NCBI GenBank assembly: GCA_963796275.1 | Contig: CAWCKY010000006.1 | Span: 1,952,001 to 2,016,000, forward strand | Length of the DNA stretch: 64,000 nucleotides | Origin: an uncultured Acidobacteriota bacterium | Lineage (GTDB): Bacteria; Acidobacteriota; Blastocatellia; RBC074 | Direction of reading: 5' to 3' | In this document: piece after piece, positions 41,122 through 51,943 of the stretch | Numbering within the stretch: the stretch's first letter is position 1 | Layout: each line of letters begins with the position of its first letter | Notes under the pieces: generated by a model | Databases searched by the model: none | What the model was told of the DNA's origin: nothing | The model's input: the letters and a program-made list of their open reading frames with translations, nothing else | Position numbers and translations under genes: made by a program

Positions 41122-41676
41122 ATGTCGATTCAATTGCATTTTCATCCTGTTACGCGAGAGCGATTATCAGACATTGCCCGGTTCTCCGAAGGGCACGGCA
41201 AGTTCCGCTACTGTTCCTGTATGCGATGGCGGCTTTCGAGTTCTCAGTTCAAATGTTCGACGAAGGACAGTCGCGTTGCGGCGCTGGAGCGTCTCGTCGA
41301 CGATGGCACGCCGGTTGGCGTGTTGGCCTACGCCGAAGGCGAGCCGGTCGGGTGGTGTTCGATTGCGCCGCGCGAGACATATGGGGCATTGGATCGGTAC
41401 AAGGCGCTGCCGCGCATCGATAGCGCGCCAGTTTGGTCGGTAGTCTGTTTTTTCATTGATCGCCGGATCCGACGAAAAGGAACGACCCTCGGACTGTTGC
41501 GAGCGGCGGTCGAGTACGCTCGTTCGAACGGCGCGACGATCGTCGAAGGGTATCCGATCGAGGCCGGGCAAAGGTTGTACACATATATGGGTTCGCCGTC
41601 GACGTATCGTGCGGCCGGCTTCCGCGATGTCACGCCGACGGGGCAAGCCAGGAAGGTGATGCGATATTACGTTTAG
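41122..41676 (+). CDS. GNAT acetyltransferase (same family as 34257)
   Basis: CSCMRWR, VGWCSIAPR, WSVVCFFI, VEGYP. Confidence 0.9.
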   Translation: MSIQLHFHPVTRERLSDIARFSEGHGKFRYCSCMRWRLSSSQFKCSTKDSRVAALERLVDDGTPVGVLAYAEGEPVGWCSIAPRETYGALDRYKALPRIDSAPVWSVVCFFIDRRIRRKGTTLGLLRAAVEYARSNGATIVEGYPIEAGQRLYTYMGSPSTYRAAGFRDVTPTGQARKVMRYYV

Positions 41677-42013
41677 GGCTTAAACGTATACATTCGAGGA
41701 AGCATTCCCGGTTGCAAACAACCGCAATCCAAATTGCTCCGCAATCCTCAACTTGAATATTATTGACATTCAGTATGGGCGATTAGCGCCCATGCCGAAT
41801 TACCCCGACGATGGATGCCGGTGCTGGCGTTGAAACGCCGGCCTAAACTCAAAGCTAATAAGCTATAACCAACGCGAAAAAAATTTTACCAGTCGTCGTC
41901 AATGGACGGTTTCTCTCGAATTATGCACTACAGAATATGTTGGCTGATATCGGGGGAAGTATAAATAAAACACTAACACGGCAGAGCCTGCAATAAGGGA
42001 AAGAAGGTTAACT

Positions 42014-42697
42014 ATGTACATTCCAGACCCAGACGTAATTTATAGTCCCAGTGAGCATGTAAGGAATTTGGTGGCATTTGGCGAGCTTCCGGTGAGGGTG
42101 AACAATACGCTCAGAGCGATGTCTCTCGACCCATCCGTGACGGATATCCGAATGTCACTTAAAGAAGTATATATTAAGGATACGCGAGACCCCGGTAAAG
42201 GTGACATCTATCTGGTCACGGTGGTGACGGACAATCTCTCACCAGAACCATTTACGATTACGATTAAGACCTTCGAGGACATCCACGACGAAGAAGGCTT
42301 ACAAATTGGCCCAGGCGGCCTGGCAATTTACCGCAATGAAGGCGGCAAGGTACCTCGGTTTCTGGATTATAGGATAATGGTAGTCGAATCGGACCAGGAG
42401 ATTCGCCAGGCGGCAGATGTGATAGAGCAAATTACAGCCGACGATCAATACAAGTCGTTTCGTGACAGCCTGGTTGCAATAGCCGGTGTTTCACAGCCAG
42501 CAACCGCCCTGATAACCGTGGCGGCGGACTTTGTAATGGGCCTGGTTGCCAAGGTGTTGAGGATGAACCGCGACGATCAGATTATTTATATCGCCGGTTC
42601 CTTCGATGATAAATTCGATGATCTGGGTGTGAAGTATGGCCCGGTGGCTCATAAAAACCTATATGGAAAAGTCATCTATCAAGTAGAAGCGGTATAG
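42014..42697 (+). CDS. Hypothetical protein
   Basis: 227 aa clean ORF with an RBS; no motif recognised. Confidence 0.75.
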   Translation: MYIPDPDVIYSPSEHVRNLVAFGELPVRVNNTLRAMSLDPSVTDIRMSLKEVYIKDTRDPGKGDIYLVTVVTDNLSPEPFTITIKTFEDIHDEEGLQIGPGGLAIYRNEGGKVPRFLDYRIMVVESDQEIRQAADVIEQITADDQYKSFRDSLVAIAGVSQPATALITVAADFVMGLVAKVLRMNRDDQIIYIAGSFDDKFDDLGVKYGPVAHKNLYGKVIYQVEAV

Positions 42698-42782
42698 GCC
42701 AACTTCGAGATGTGCATCGTTAGTGAACGCGGGAGGCAATTCCCGAAGCCACAGGGTGATTAAGCTCCCCTGTGCACCAATA

Positions 42783-42912
42783 AAAGCCCATTCACCGGCG
42801 AAGCGTAGATAGGCGTAGATAACAGTGCTATCGCTGAGGGAGCACCGAGGCTTTCGGTAAAACTCTCCGGGCCCCCTCTGCGTCTGCTGCTCCTCGCCGG
42901 TGAATGGGCTTT
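42783..42912. repeat. 130-bp element with perfect 19-bp terminal inverted repeats (REP/MITE-like)
   Basis: AAAGCCCATTCACCGGCGA ... TCGCCGGTGAATGGGCTTT. Confidence 0.8.
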
Positions 42913-43016
42913 CTTATATCGAACAATTAAGGCAAACTATTGGACTTAGTTCGCTTTAACTTATAAAGCTTCAGCTTCAGTTAAGCCATCGAAATGGTCA
43001 TCGGAGTTTCCAATCA

Positions 43017-44840
43017 ATGAAACAAATCTCTTTCTTTACTACGGCAGCGGTGCTTGCTGTTATCGCATATTTTGCGCTGGCCGGGGTTTCCAGACTGGTT
43101 AAAACCGTCTCTGCGAAGCAGCCGCAATCGGTCGAGTTGCGTCTCAAAAAACTACATACTCTGCTCGACGAGCAGTGGGAGTACACACTTCGTAATCAAC
43201 CGGAGTTCGCTTCGATCATAGGCGACAAGCGATACAACGATAGGCTGTCCGACTTTTCACAGGCGTCCATTGATCGCGATATTAGACAGACGCGCGTTTT
43301 CCTGGAGAAATTCGAGGCGATTGATACATCCGGGTTTCCCGATCAGGAACGGCTCAACCGCGATTTGATGGTGCGCAACCTGCGCGAGAAGCTCGAAGGA
43401 GTAAAGTTCAAGGATTGGGAGATGCCGGTAAACCAGTTCATCGGGGCTCACATCGATCTGCCGCAGCTAGTGACCTCATTCCCATTCGAGACCGTTAAAG
43501 ATTACGAGGACTACATCACCCGGCTGAAACAAGTGCCGCGCGGCTTCAACGAGTTGATGATTCAGATGCGCAACGGCATGCGTGAGAGGCTGATGCCGCC
43601 GAAAATCCTCCTGCTGCAGGTGAGCGAACAGGCTGAAGGCATCGCAAAACAAAAACCTGAAGAATCTCCATTCGCGCAACCGACGAGCAAATTCCCCAAG
43701 GATTTCTCGGAAGCAGACAGGAAACGCTTGCGGGACGGCGTAATCGCGGCCATCCGCGATCAGGTTTTACCCACATACCGGAAGTTCACCAGCTTCGTAC
43801 GCGATGAGTATGCGCCGAAGGGGCGGACTGATATCGGCATCTGGGCTCTAGCTGATGGTAGCGAGCGATATGCGCTCGCCGTTCGGCGAATGACGACGAC
43901 GAATATGACGCCCGAGGATATTCATCGGCTAGGCGTGAGTGAGGTCGAGCGCATCGAAACCGAGCAACTCGTGATAGCCAAACACTTCGGGTTCAGTGAC
44001 CTGAAGAGTTTTCGCGAATCGCTGAAGAAGAATTCGGACATTCACCCGAAATCCCGTCAACAGATACTGGATGAATACCGCAGCTATACCGATCAGATGT
44101 GGAAGCAGCTCCCGCAACTCTTTGGCCGATTGCCGAAAGCGAAGATTGAGATATTACCGGTCGAGCCCTTTCGCGAGAAGCAGGCTGCAGGCGCGCAGTA
44201 CAATCAGGGGACCCCGGATGGGTCACGACCTGGGCAAGTGTTCGTCAATACCTACGACTACGAGAATCAATTGACGATCACAAACGAATCGACCGCTTAT
44301 CACGAGGGCGTGCCGGGACATCACATGCAAATCTCTATCGCGCAGGAGCTGCCAAATCTCCCGCCGTTCCGCCAGCAAGCCGGCTATACGGCATTCATCG
44401 AGGGGTGGGCTCTCTACTCCGAGCGCCTGGGCAAGGAGCTCGGCTTCTACCGGAACCCCTACAACGACTATGGGCGGTTGGAAGATGAGATATGGCGTGC
44501 GATTCGGCTCGTGGTTGACACCGGCATCCATTATAAAAAATGGTCGCGCGAGCAGGTGGTCCAGTATATGCGCGACCACTCCAGCGCGAACGAAGCTCAA
44601 ATTCAGGCCGAAACCGACCGCTACATCGCGTGGCCGGGCCAGGCGCTGGCATACAAGATCGGCCAGTTAACGATCTTGCGCCTCCGCGAGACGGCGCACA
44701 GTGAGTTGGGCGAGACATTCGATATTCGGGGCTTCCACGATGAGGTGCTAGGTGACGGAGCGCTGCCCATGGACGTACTCGAGCAGCGGCTAACATTATG
44801 GATAGAACGAAAGAAAGCGAGCGAGAAGAAGACTGGTTGA
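43017..44840 (+). CDS. DUF885 family protein (putative metallopeptidase)
   Basis: HEGVPGHHMQ, EGWALYSE, RLVVDTGIH, PGQALAYKIG. Confidence 0.93.
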   Translation: MKQISFFTTAAVLAVIAYFALAGVSRLVKTVSAKQPQSVELRLKKLHTLLDEQWEYTLRNQPEFASIIGDKRYNDRLSDFSQASIDRDIRQTRVFLEKFEAIDTSGFPDQERLNRDLMVRNLREKLEGVKFKDWEMPVNQFIGAHIDLPQLVTSFPFETVKDYEDYITRLKQVPRGFNELMIQMRNGMRERLMPPKILLLQVSEQAEGIAKQKPEESPFAQPTSKFPKDFSEADRKRLRDGVIAAIRDQVLPTYRKFTSFVRDEYAPKGRTDIGIWALADGSERYALAVRRMTTTNMTPEDIHRLGVSEVERIETEQLVIAKHFGFSDLKSFRESLKKNSDIHPKSRQQILDEYRSYTDQMWKQLPQLFGRLPKAKIEILPVEPFREKQAAGAQYNQGTPDGSRPGQVFVNTYDYENQLTITNESTAYHEGVPGHHMQISIAQELPNLPPFRQQAGYTAFIEGWALYSERLGKELGFYRNPYNDYGRLEDEIWRAIRLVVDTGIHYKKWSREQVVQYMRDHSSANEAQIQAETDRYIAWPGQALAYKIGQLTILRLRETAHSELGETFDIRGFHDEVLGDGALPMDVLEQRLTLWIERKKASEKKTG

Positions 44841-44966
44841 CGGCAGCAAGAGCTTTGGGGTAATTCAATACCGGACCTATTTTTAAATCTCCGGCAAGTC
44901 TGGGGACAACTAAGCGGATACTTTTTATAGCGATCCCTTTTTTATAGTTTTCATAAAGGATATGAG

Positions 44967-45362
44967 GTGGCTGACGTACCGAAATTATTCCGTTTAATCC
45001 TGCAGGTGACTGACTTGGATAAAGCGACCGACTTTTACTCGGAGTTGCTTGGGACCGAAGGTAGGAGAATTCATGGAGCCAGACATTACTTCGATTGCGG
45101 CCCCATGATTCTCGCGCTGGTGGATACAACGGCCGGCGGAGCGAAGCCCAATCCCGACTATATCTATTTCTCGGTGGATGAGCTCGAGAATATTCATGCG
45201 CGGGCGCAGAAGCTGGCGTGTCTCTCGAAGGGTGAGGTACACGAGGAGAGCGCGGGCGCGATTGTAACGCGGCCATGGGGGGAGAGGTCATTCTACGCCG
45301 AAGACCCATTCGGGAATCTCCTATGTTTCGTAGACGAGAAAACTATCTTCACAGGACGCTGA
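44967..45362 (+). CDS. VOC family protein
   Basis: VTDLDKATDFYSELLG...RPWGERSFY.EDPFGN. Confidence 0.9.
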   Translation: MADVPKLFRLILQVTDLDKATDFYSELLGTEGRRIHGARHYFDCGPMILALVDTTAGGAKPNPDYIYFSVDELENIHARAQKLACLSKGEVHEESAGAIVTRPWGERSFYAEDPFGNLLCFVDEKTIFTGR

Positions 45363-45373
45363 AGCCGGGACGC

Positions 45374-46057
45374 ATGACAATCTACCGAGCAATTGTCGGC
45401 GTCATTCTCAATGTGGCTATCTTCGGCGTTTTGATATTTGGGCCGGCACGCACATTGAACTGGTGGCGCGCCTGGGTATTTCTGGTCGTCGTGTTCGTCC
45501 TCGCTTTGACCAGCACGGTGAGTCTCTTTCGCGCCAATCGGGAACTACTCGAAGAACGCTTCAAACCGCCCATACAGAAGGGACAGCCGCTTTCGGACAA
45601 GATCATCGTGATGCTGGTTATCGTCGAGTTCGTCGCTTTGATCGTCTTCACATCTCTGGACGTCTTCCGATTTCATCTCTTGCCCCGCCCCGGAACACTG
45701 GTTTCGTTTATCGGACTCGCTCTCTTTGTGGCGGGTTGGTGGATCATGACGCTCGCTATGAGGGAGAATGCATTTGCTGCGCCGGTGGTGAGGCATCAGG
45801 AAGAAAGGCATCAAACGGTGATCGATAGCGGGGTATACGGCGCGGTGCGACACCCGATGTACGCGGGCGCCATCCCTTTGGCGGCCGGCATTCCGCTTTG
45901 GCTGGAATCGTATGCCGCTGCGATACTGGTAATCATATTCGTCATGACGCTGGCTGTACGGATAATTTTCGAGGAACAGTTCTTGAAGCGTAAACTTGCG
46001 GGCTACGATGCCTATGTGGAGAGAGTCCGTTATCGGCTGATTCCGTATCTCTGGTGA
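45374..46057 (+). CDS. Isoprenylcysteine carboxyl methyltransferase family membrane protein
   Basis: GVYGAVRHPMYAG, EE.FL...L.GY..Y...VRYRLIP. Confidence 0.9.
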   Translation: MTIYRAIVGVILNVAIFGVLIFGPARTLNWWRAWVFLVVVFVLALTSTVSLFRANRELLEERFKPPIQKGQPLSDKIIVMLVIVEFVALIVFTSLDVFRFHLLPRPGTLVSFIGLALFVAGWWIMTLAMRENAFAAPVVRHQEERHQTVIDSGVYGAVRHPMYAGAIPLAAGIPLWLESYAAAILVIIFVMTLAVRIIFEEQFLKRKLAGYDAYVERVRYRLIPYLW

Positions 46058-46091
46058 GATGGGATGCATGCCCAGAATGGGATGGAGTGTT

Positions 46092-47873
46092 TCAATTACT
46101 GCTCGGGCGGGCTTTGGGCGCCGTCAATTTCCCCTTACCTTCCTCCAGTACGATCACCTGATTGGCCTTCAGGTTTTCAAAAATTTCAGATCTTCCGCTC
46201 GGCCATAGAACTTCCGCGCGATCAATTTTTGTGGCATCTCCGATACCGAAATGAAGGCGCATATCGTTATGTGAAATGTAGCTGCCGCCGCTGCGGACTT
46301 CATCCATTTGTTTGAGGCGTCCGGTGAGCAGGGTCACCCGGGCGCCGATTCCATTGCGGTTGGACTTCTGACTTGAAAGTTTGAGCGATACCCAGTTTTT
46401 CCTCGCTCCCGAATTTTTCAGCAGACTTGGCCTGTCATTCATATTATTGACGACGATCTCCAGGCCTCCGTCGTTGTCCAGGTCGCCCACGGCCGCCCCA
46501 CGCGAGGCCCATCTGGCCTCGATCCCGGGACCTGCGTGAGATGAGATATCCAGAAATTTTCCGTTTCGCAGATTCCAGTACAACAGGCGTTCCTGTTTAT
46601 ACAAGTCGTCGGTCTTTCCTTCCGCTTCCGGATATACGTGCCCGTTGGCCATGAAAATGTCTTTCCATCCATCGTTATCAAAATCAAAAAAACCGACTCC
46701 CCAACCGAGATACCGAGTATTTACCCCGAGGCCTGCCTGGAAGCTCATGTCGGTGAACGATCCTTCTCCGTTGTTACGATAGAGAGTGGAAATGTCGTCT
46801 GAGAAGTTGGTTTTGACCAGGTCGATGTATCCATCATGGTCGTAATCACCGGCCGAAACTCCCATTCCAGCCTGTTCCTGTCCGTCCTCGTTGAGGGCGC
46901 TTCCGGATAGCAATCCCGTGTCGGTGAAAGTGCCGTCGCCTTGGTTATGGTAAAGAATATTGGGGGTGGAATCGCAGGCGACGTAGATATCCGGCCAGCC
47001 ATCGTTGTCATAATCGGAGACGATTGGCGTGAATGCGTAATGACTGTTCGGTGCGGCTATCCCGCTTTTTTCGGAAACGTCTGTGAAAGCTCCCTTGCCG
47101 TCATTTCGATAGAGAATGTTCCTTCCGGGAGGAAGTCCGCGGGGGCCGCACATGACCGGTATGCCTTTCCACATGCAATATTGGCCGCTGCCTTTCGCCG
47201 GCGTCTTTTCGATATCGAAATCGACATAGTTGGCGACGAATAGATCGAGGTGTCCATCCCTGTCATAATCCAAAAAAGTGCAGCCCGATCCCCAGCGCGA
47301 CGATTTGTCTATCAGGCCGGCCCTTTGTGTGACGTCGGCGAAACGGCCATTAGCGCTATTCTGGTAGAGGATATTTTGTCCGAAGTAGGTCACGAAGAGA
47401 TCGTCGAAACCGTCATTATCATAGTCCCCCACGCACGCGCCCTGTCCCCAGCCTGACCTTGTCAGATTAGTCTGTTCGGTGACGTCGGTGAACTTCCCGC
47501 CGGCGTCATTGCGAAAGAGGTGATTGGTAGGCGCTTGACCCTTGGGAAATCCTTCGAGGGTCGTTCCGTTGACGAGGAAAATATCGAGCCAGCCGTCGTT
47601 GTTGTAATCGAAGAGTGCGACACCACTGCCGGCCATTTCGAGAATATATCTCTTTTCACGATCCGGCCCGGTCACATGGCGAGTCGTTAGTCCAACTTTC
47701 GGAGCAATGTCATCAAAACTAACCTGGGGAATCGGAATATCGATTTTCGCTTTGGCCGCCGTGCGCGGAGGGCGTTTGGGAACTGCCACTCCCTGCGCTC
47801 CCACTTCTTCCCCATTTTGAATGGCGAGAGCTGAAAGAATAATAATGATGAGCGAAATACGAAACCGATTCAT
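46092..47873 (-). CDS. CRTAC1 family protein (FG-GAP repeats plus ASPIC/UnbV)
   Basis: Many D.DNDG..D repeats; C-terminal GIGARV...LHFGIG...WPSG. Confidence 0.93.
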   Translation of the reverse strand: MNRFRISLIIIILSALAIQNGEEVGAQGVAVPKRPPRTAAKAKIDIPIPQVSFDDIAPKVGLTTRHVTGPDREKRYILEMAGSGVALFDYNNDGWLDIFLVNGTTLEGFPKGQAPTNHLFRNDAGGKFTDVTEQTNLTRSGWGQGACVGDYDNDGFDDLFVTYFGQNILYQNSANGRFADVTQRAGLIDKSSRWGSGCTFLDYDRDGHLDLFVANYVDFDIEKTPAKGSGQYCMWKGIPVMCGPRGLPPGRNILYRNDGKGAFTDVSEKSGIAAPNSHYAFTPIVSDYDNDGWPDIYVACDSTPNILYHNQGDGTFTDTGLLSGSALNEDGQEQAGMGVSAGDYDHDGYIDLVKTNFSDDISTLYRNNGEGSFTDMSFQAGLGVNTRYLGWGVGFFDFDNDGWKDIFMANGHVYPEAEGKTDDLYKQERLLYWNLRNGKFLDISSHAGPGIEARWASRGAAVGDLDNDGGLEIVVNNMNDRPSLLKNSGARKNWVSLKLSSQKSNRNGIGARVTLLTGRLKQMDEVRSGGSYISHNDMRLHFGIGDATKIDRAEVLWPSGRSEIFENLKANQVIVLEEGKGKLTAPKARPSSN

Positions 47874-47905
47874 TACTGCTCGCGGTTAGGTTGAATAATC
47901 TGCCA

Positions 47906-47979
47906 TTCACCGCAGAGGGCAGAGAAGAAATTGTTTTATCCACTGCGTCTCCTCACGCTCTCTGCGCTTTTGCGGTGAA
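47906..47979. repeat. REP-like hairpin (TTCACCGCAGAG family)
   Basis: TTCACCGCAGAGGGCAGAGA ... CTCTCTGCGCTTTTGCGGTGAA. Confidence 0.7.
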
Positions 47980-48005
47980 CCAGATATGTTCGATCGTTAC
48001 TACAA

Positions 48006-49328
48006 TCAATTCCGACTTTGACGGCTCGTTGTCGTTACGAGAGAGGCCAGGACTCGTTGGATCAGCCCATCGATTGCATTTCTATCTATCCACCTTGCGA
48101 CGACTACCAGATCGTTCGCCGGATCGACGTAGATCATATTCGTTCCATTTCCCATGTGGGCGAATGCCGTAGCCGGAGCGCTGGGAATAAACTTCTGCTC
48201 CGTGTTCAGGTACCAGTTCATAAATCCATATGTAGGCTGAACCGGAGTAGGAGTGAGCGCCATTCGCACCCATTCCTCGGAGAGAATTTTCTTATCTCTC
48301 CATTTACCGCGGCGCAAGGTCAAATAGCCGAACCGCGCCTGATCGCGAGCGCTGATGAACATCCCGCCTCCCCAATGTCCGCCGCCGCTGACCGATTGTA
48401 CCGCCACACCGTCGATCAATGTCCAGGAGTTTTCGTAACCGTACCAGCGCCAGGTCTGCGATGCGCCGATCGGGTCCATGACATATTCCTTGAGCACCTG
48501 TGGCAGCGGCCGGCGCCAGATGTTGAGCGCCGCCAGCGCGAGGACGTTTACCCTGACATCATTGTATTCATAGGCCGTTCCCGGCTCGTGCCTCTTACGG
48601 CTCAACCATTCAGATGGATTATTGCCCGGGCGGTCCGCCCATTCCGGTTTACCCCACAGGGTTCCTTCCCAGTCACTTGTCTGTCGCAGCAGGTGTTCCC
48701 AGCTGATCTTCCGGTTATGTTCGGTCTCGAAAAGATCGAGCAGCTCGGATTCGCCCAGTCGATCAGCCGAGTTTTTGCTGAGACCGGGTCTGATAGCCAC
48801 AGTAGGCGCCATATATTCCCGTACACGATCCTGCACGTTGCCAATCATTTTCCGGTCGAACGCCAAACCGACCGTAGTGGAAAGGAAACTCTTGGTGACG
48901 CTGTAGGTCATGTCGACCCGGTGCGGATCGCCCCATTCGGCCACGATGTAGCCATGGCGTAATACTACTCCGGTAGGGTCTCCGCGTTCTTTGAAAGGGC
49001 CGACTCCCTCGCCGAATGGCTCTCGCCCGAAGCTCTGATAATGTGCTATTTCAAGATTCCGCGGTGATTTCGTCTCACCAGCCTGGGCGAATGCTATCGC
49101 TTCATTGAGTCGAGCGGGATCCATCCCCACTTGCTGCGGAGTCCGACGCTCCCACGACTCGCCAGCTCCAGGATAGTAATAATCGCCCGACTTCTGCGCG
49201 ATTACAGCCTTCGATGTGGTGAGGGCGACAACAATATAGAATGCAGATGCGAAGAGCCCTGCCGCCATCAATGAAAGGAAAAACCTGGGTGTAACGTAAC
49301 CTTTTGTACTTGTATGCGTCTGAATCAT
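48006..49328 (-). CDS. Serine hydrolase, beta-lactamase class C-like
   Basis: SVTK (SxxK), YEYND (YxN-like), ARDQARFG. Confidence 0.9.
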   Translation of the reverse strand: MIQTHTSTKGYVTPRFFLSLMAAGLFASAFYIVVALTTSKAVIAQKSGDYYYPGAGESWERRTPQQVGMDPARLNEAIAFAQAGETKSPRNLEIAHYQSFGREPFGEGVGPFKERGDPTGVVLRHGYIVAEWGDPHRVDMTYSVTKSFLSTTVGLAFDRKMIGNVQDRVREYMAPTVAIRPGLSKNSADRLGESELLDLFETEHNRKISWEHLLRQTSDWEGTLWGKPEWADRPGNNPSEWLSRKRHEPGTAYEYNDVRVNVLALAALNIWRRPLPQVLKEYVMDPIGASQTWRWYGYENSWTLIDGVAVQSVSGGGHWGGGMFISARDQARFGYLTLRRGKWRDKKILSEEWVRMALTPTPVQPTYGFMNWYLNTEQKFIPSAPATAFAHMGNGTNMIYVDPANDLVVVARWIDRNAIDGLIQRVLASLVTTTSRQSRN

Positions 49329-49547
49329 TTTCGTTCCTCCGCAGGTACCATCGAGTGATCTCGCCATTAGTTTTTAACGGTTAATGTACGCCGTTAACCT
49401 TGATTTCATTGCTGCTGATGAATTGAAATGGAGCAATAGAGTGGCTTCTTTATAAGAGGCAGACAGATGGGTGTCAAGATGAAATCAATCACGAAAAAAA
49501 CGAAGTGATCGAGATTGCTTCGTGGTTTTATTGGCAAAGGAAAATAC

Positions 49548-51218
49548 ATGCGCCATCTCTTATGTTGTTTTCTCGTTTTAATCACTTTCTACCCCGTGGG
49601 GAACCAGAATCAACCGGCGAATCAATATGATCTGGTTATCTACGGTGGAACCGCCGCGGCGGTAACCGCTGCAGTTCAGGCGAAAATCATGGGGAAGTCA
49701 GTCATCATCGTCTCCCCGGACAAACATTTAGGTGGGCTCTCGAGCGGCGGCCTGGGGTTCACCGACACGGGAAATAAAGCGGTGATTGGCGGGCTGGCGC
49801 GCGAATTTTATCACCGCGTTTGGAAGCACTATAACCAGGATACGGCTTGGAAGTGGGAGAAGCGTGAGGAATACGGCAACAAGGGGCAGGGAACACCCGC
49901 GATTGATGGTGAGCAGCGTACGATGTGGATTTTTGAGCCGCACGTTGCCGAGCGGGTCTTTGAAGATTTTATCGCGGAATATCGGATCCCGGTGCAACGC
50001 AATGAGTGGCTCGACCGCAAGAATGGCGTCAGGAAAAGCGGCTCAAGCATCATCACGATCACGACGCTCAGCGGAAAGCGATATACCGGAAAGATGTTCA
50101 TCGATGCGACGTACGAGGGCGATCTGATGGCGGCGGCTGGCGTGGATTACCATGTAGGCCGCGAAGCGAACAGCGTTTACGACGAGAAATGGAACGGCGT
50201 TCAGACGGGCGTTCTGCATCATCGCCATCATTTCGGCGCAGTGGCAAAGAAGATCAGCCCTTATATCGTCCCGGGCGATCCGAAGAGCGGCGTGCTGCCG
50301 CGTATCAGCGCCGCGCCGCCCGGTGAATATGGTCAGGGTGATAAACGGCTGCAGGCATACTGTTTCCGCATGTGCCTGACAGATCGCGCCGATAACCGCG
50401 TGCCGTTTCCGAAACCTGCAGGTTATGACCCGAAGCAATATGAACTTCTCTTGCGAATTTTTGAGTCGGGTTGGCGCGAAACTTTCCAGAAATTCGACCG
50501 GATCCCCAACCGCAAGACGGACACCAATAATCACGGCCCGATGAGCACAGACAACATCGGTTACAACTACGATTATCCGGAAGCGTCCTATGATCGGAGG
50601 CGCGAGATCGTGCGCGAACACGAGGCATATCAGAAGGGCTGGCTGTATTTCATAGCCAACGACCCGCGCGTTCCGGAGGATGTGCGTGAACAGATGCGCC
50701 AATGGGGACTGGCCAGGGATGAGTTTAAGGATAATGGGAACTGGCCGCACCAGCTCTATATCCGTGAAGCTCGGCGCATGATCGGCTCGTACGTCATGAC
50801 GGAAAACGAATTGCTCAAGCTGCGCCCGACGCCCGATTCGGTCGGTATGGGGTCATACACAATCGATTCGCACAATGTGCAGCGGTACATCACACCTGAC
50901 GGATCGGTACAAAACGAAGGCGACATCGGAATCACTACCAAGGGCCCGTACCAAATAGCGTATGGCGCACTCGTGCCGAAGCAGGGAGAGGTCGATAATC
51001 TGCTGGTGCCGGTATGCGTCTCCAGCTCGCACATCGCCTTCGGTAGCATTCGCATGGAACCGGTCTTCATGATTCTCGGTCAATCGGCAGCCACAGCTGC
51101 CGTCCTGGCGATAAACGACAAGACGGCCGTGCAAAATGTGGCCTATGCGAGCCTGCGCGAGCGATTATTGAAGGACCGGCAAATCCTGGAGTTTTCCTCT
51201 ACGACGCCGGCGAAATGA
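49548..51218 (+). CDS. Secreted FAD-dependent oxidoreductase
   Basis: DLVIYGGTAA, GGLSSGGLG, FIDATYEGDL, REARR, SIRMEP. Confidence 0.92.
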   Translation: MRHLLCCFLVLITFYPVGNQNQPANQYDLVIYGGTAAAVTAAVQAKIMGKSVIIVSPDKHLGGLSSGGLGFTDTGNKAVIGGLAREFYHRVWKHYNQDTAWKWEKREEYGNKGQGTPAIDGEQRTMWIFEPHVAERVFEDFIAEYRIPVQRNEWLDRKNGVRKSGSSIITITTLSGKRYTGKMFIDATYEGDLMAAAGVDYHVGREANSVYDEKWNGVQTGVLHHRHHFGAVAKKISPYIVPGDPKSGVLPRISAAPPGEYGQGDKRLQAYCFRMCLTDRADNRVPFPKPAGYDPKQYELLLRIFESGWRETFQKFDRIPNRKTDTNNHGPMSTDNIGYNYDYPEASYDRRREIVREHEAYQKGWLYFIANDPRVPEDVREQMRQWGLARDEFKDNGNWPHQLYIREARRMIGSYVMTENELLKLRPTPDSVGMGSYTIDSHNVQRYITPDGSVQNEGDIGITTKGPYQIAYGALVPKQGEVDNLLVPVCVSSSHIAFGSIRMEPVFMILGQSAATAAVLAINDKTAVQNVAYASLRERLLKDRQILEFSSTTPAK

Positions 51219-51230
51219 GTCGTGAGTAGA

Positions 51231-51764
51231 TCACCGGCCGATCTGGAACTCGCCGCGGCATCCGCGGTCAACCCAGATGCCGTTACGGTTAAATCCCCAG
51301 GTTCTTCCCAGAACACAAGGCGAGTCACTCTTCTGTTTGTAAAGACGGACTCCGCCTTGTGTGTTTACATTACACCAATGGCGGCGCATATCGTTCGACT
51401 CGCAGTTGATAGTCCTGCCTCCGTACCCTCCTCCGGACCCGCCTCCAGTGTTCCATCCAGATCGACCGAGCTCGAACTCAGCGCGACAGCCGCGGTCAAC
51501 CCAGATGCCATCACGGTTGTAACCCCAGGTCCTCCCTTGAATGCACGGTGAATCGCTCTTCTGTTTGTAGAGACGGACTCCACCTCGCGTATCTACTCGG
51601 CACCAGTTCCTGCGATTATCGTTCGAGCTGCACGAGACTCTATCCTGGATGTAATTATTGGCGTATGCGACGAGATAGCCGCCGGACAGCGAGGCAAATA
51701 GCGTTGCTATAATTATCCACGTCGATCTGTTGCAGGCCGAATCCCGATTTTTGCCTGATTTCAT
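51231..51764 (-). CDS. DUF3011 domain protein (two repeats)
   Basis: Duplicated C.S...R.WC...VRL.KQ.S.SPC..G.TWG....GIWVDRGCR.EF. Confidence 0.88.
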   Translation of the reverse strand: MKSGKNRDSACNRSTWIIIATLFASLSGGYLVAYANNYIQDRVSCSSNDNRRNWCRVDTRGGVRLYKQKSDSPCIQGRTWGYNRDGIWVDRGCRAEFELGRSGWNTGGGSGGGYGGRTINCESNDMRRHWCNVNTQGGVRLYKQKSDSPCVLGRTWGFNRNGIWVDRGCRGEFQIGR

Positions 51765-51808
51765 TTGTCTTCCTTCTCCTCAGAAATTATTTCGCAGCTT
51801 ATTATTCA

Positions 51809-51943
51809 CGCTTGGAGTTCCGCATTTATGCGGTCTTTTCTGACCGCCTGAAGGGGAACTCTGAACATATTCAGCCGCGCTTGGAGTTCCGCATTTATGC
51901 GGTCTTCTCTGACCGCCTGAAGGCGGAACTCTGAACATATTCA
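51809..51943. repeat. Two direct copies of a ~65-bp REP-like hairpin
   Basis: CGCTTGGAGTTCCGCATTTATGCGGTC...GACCGCCTGAAGG(C)GGAACTCTGAACATATTCA at 51809 and 51878. Confidence 0.85.
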
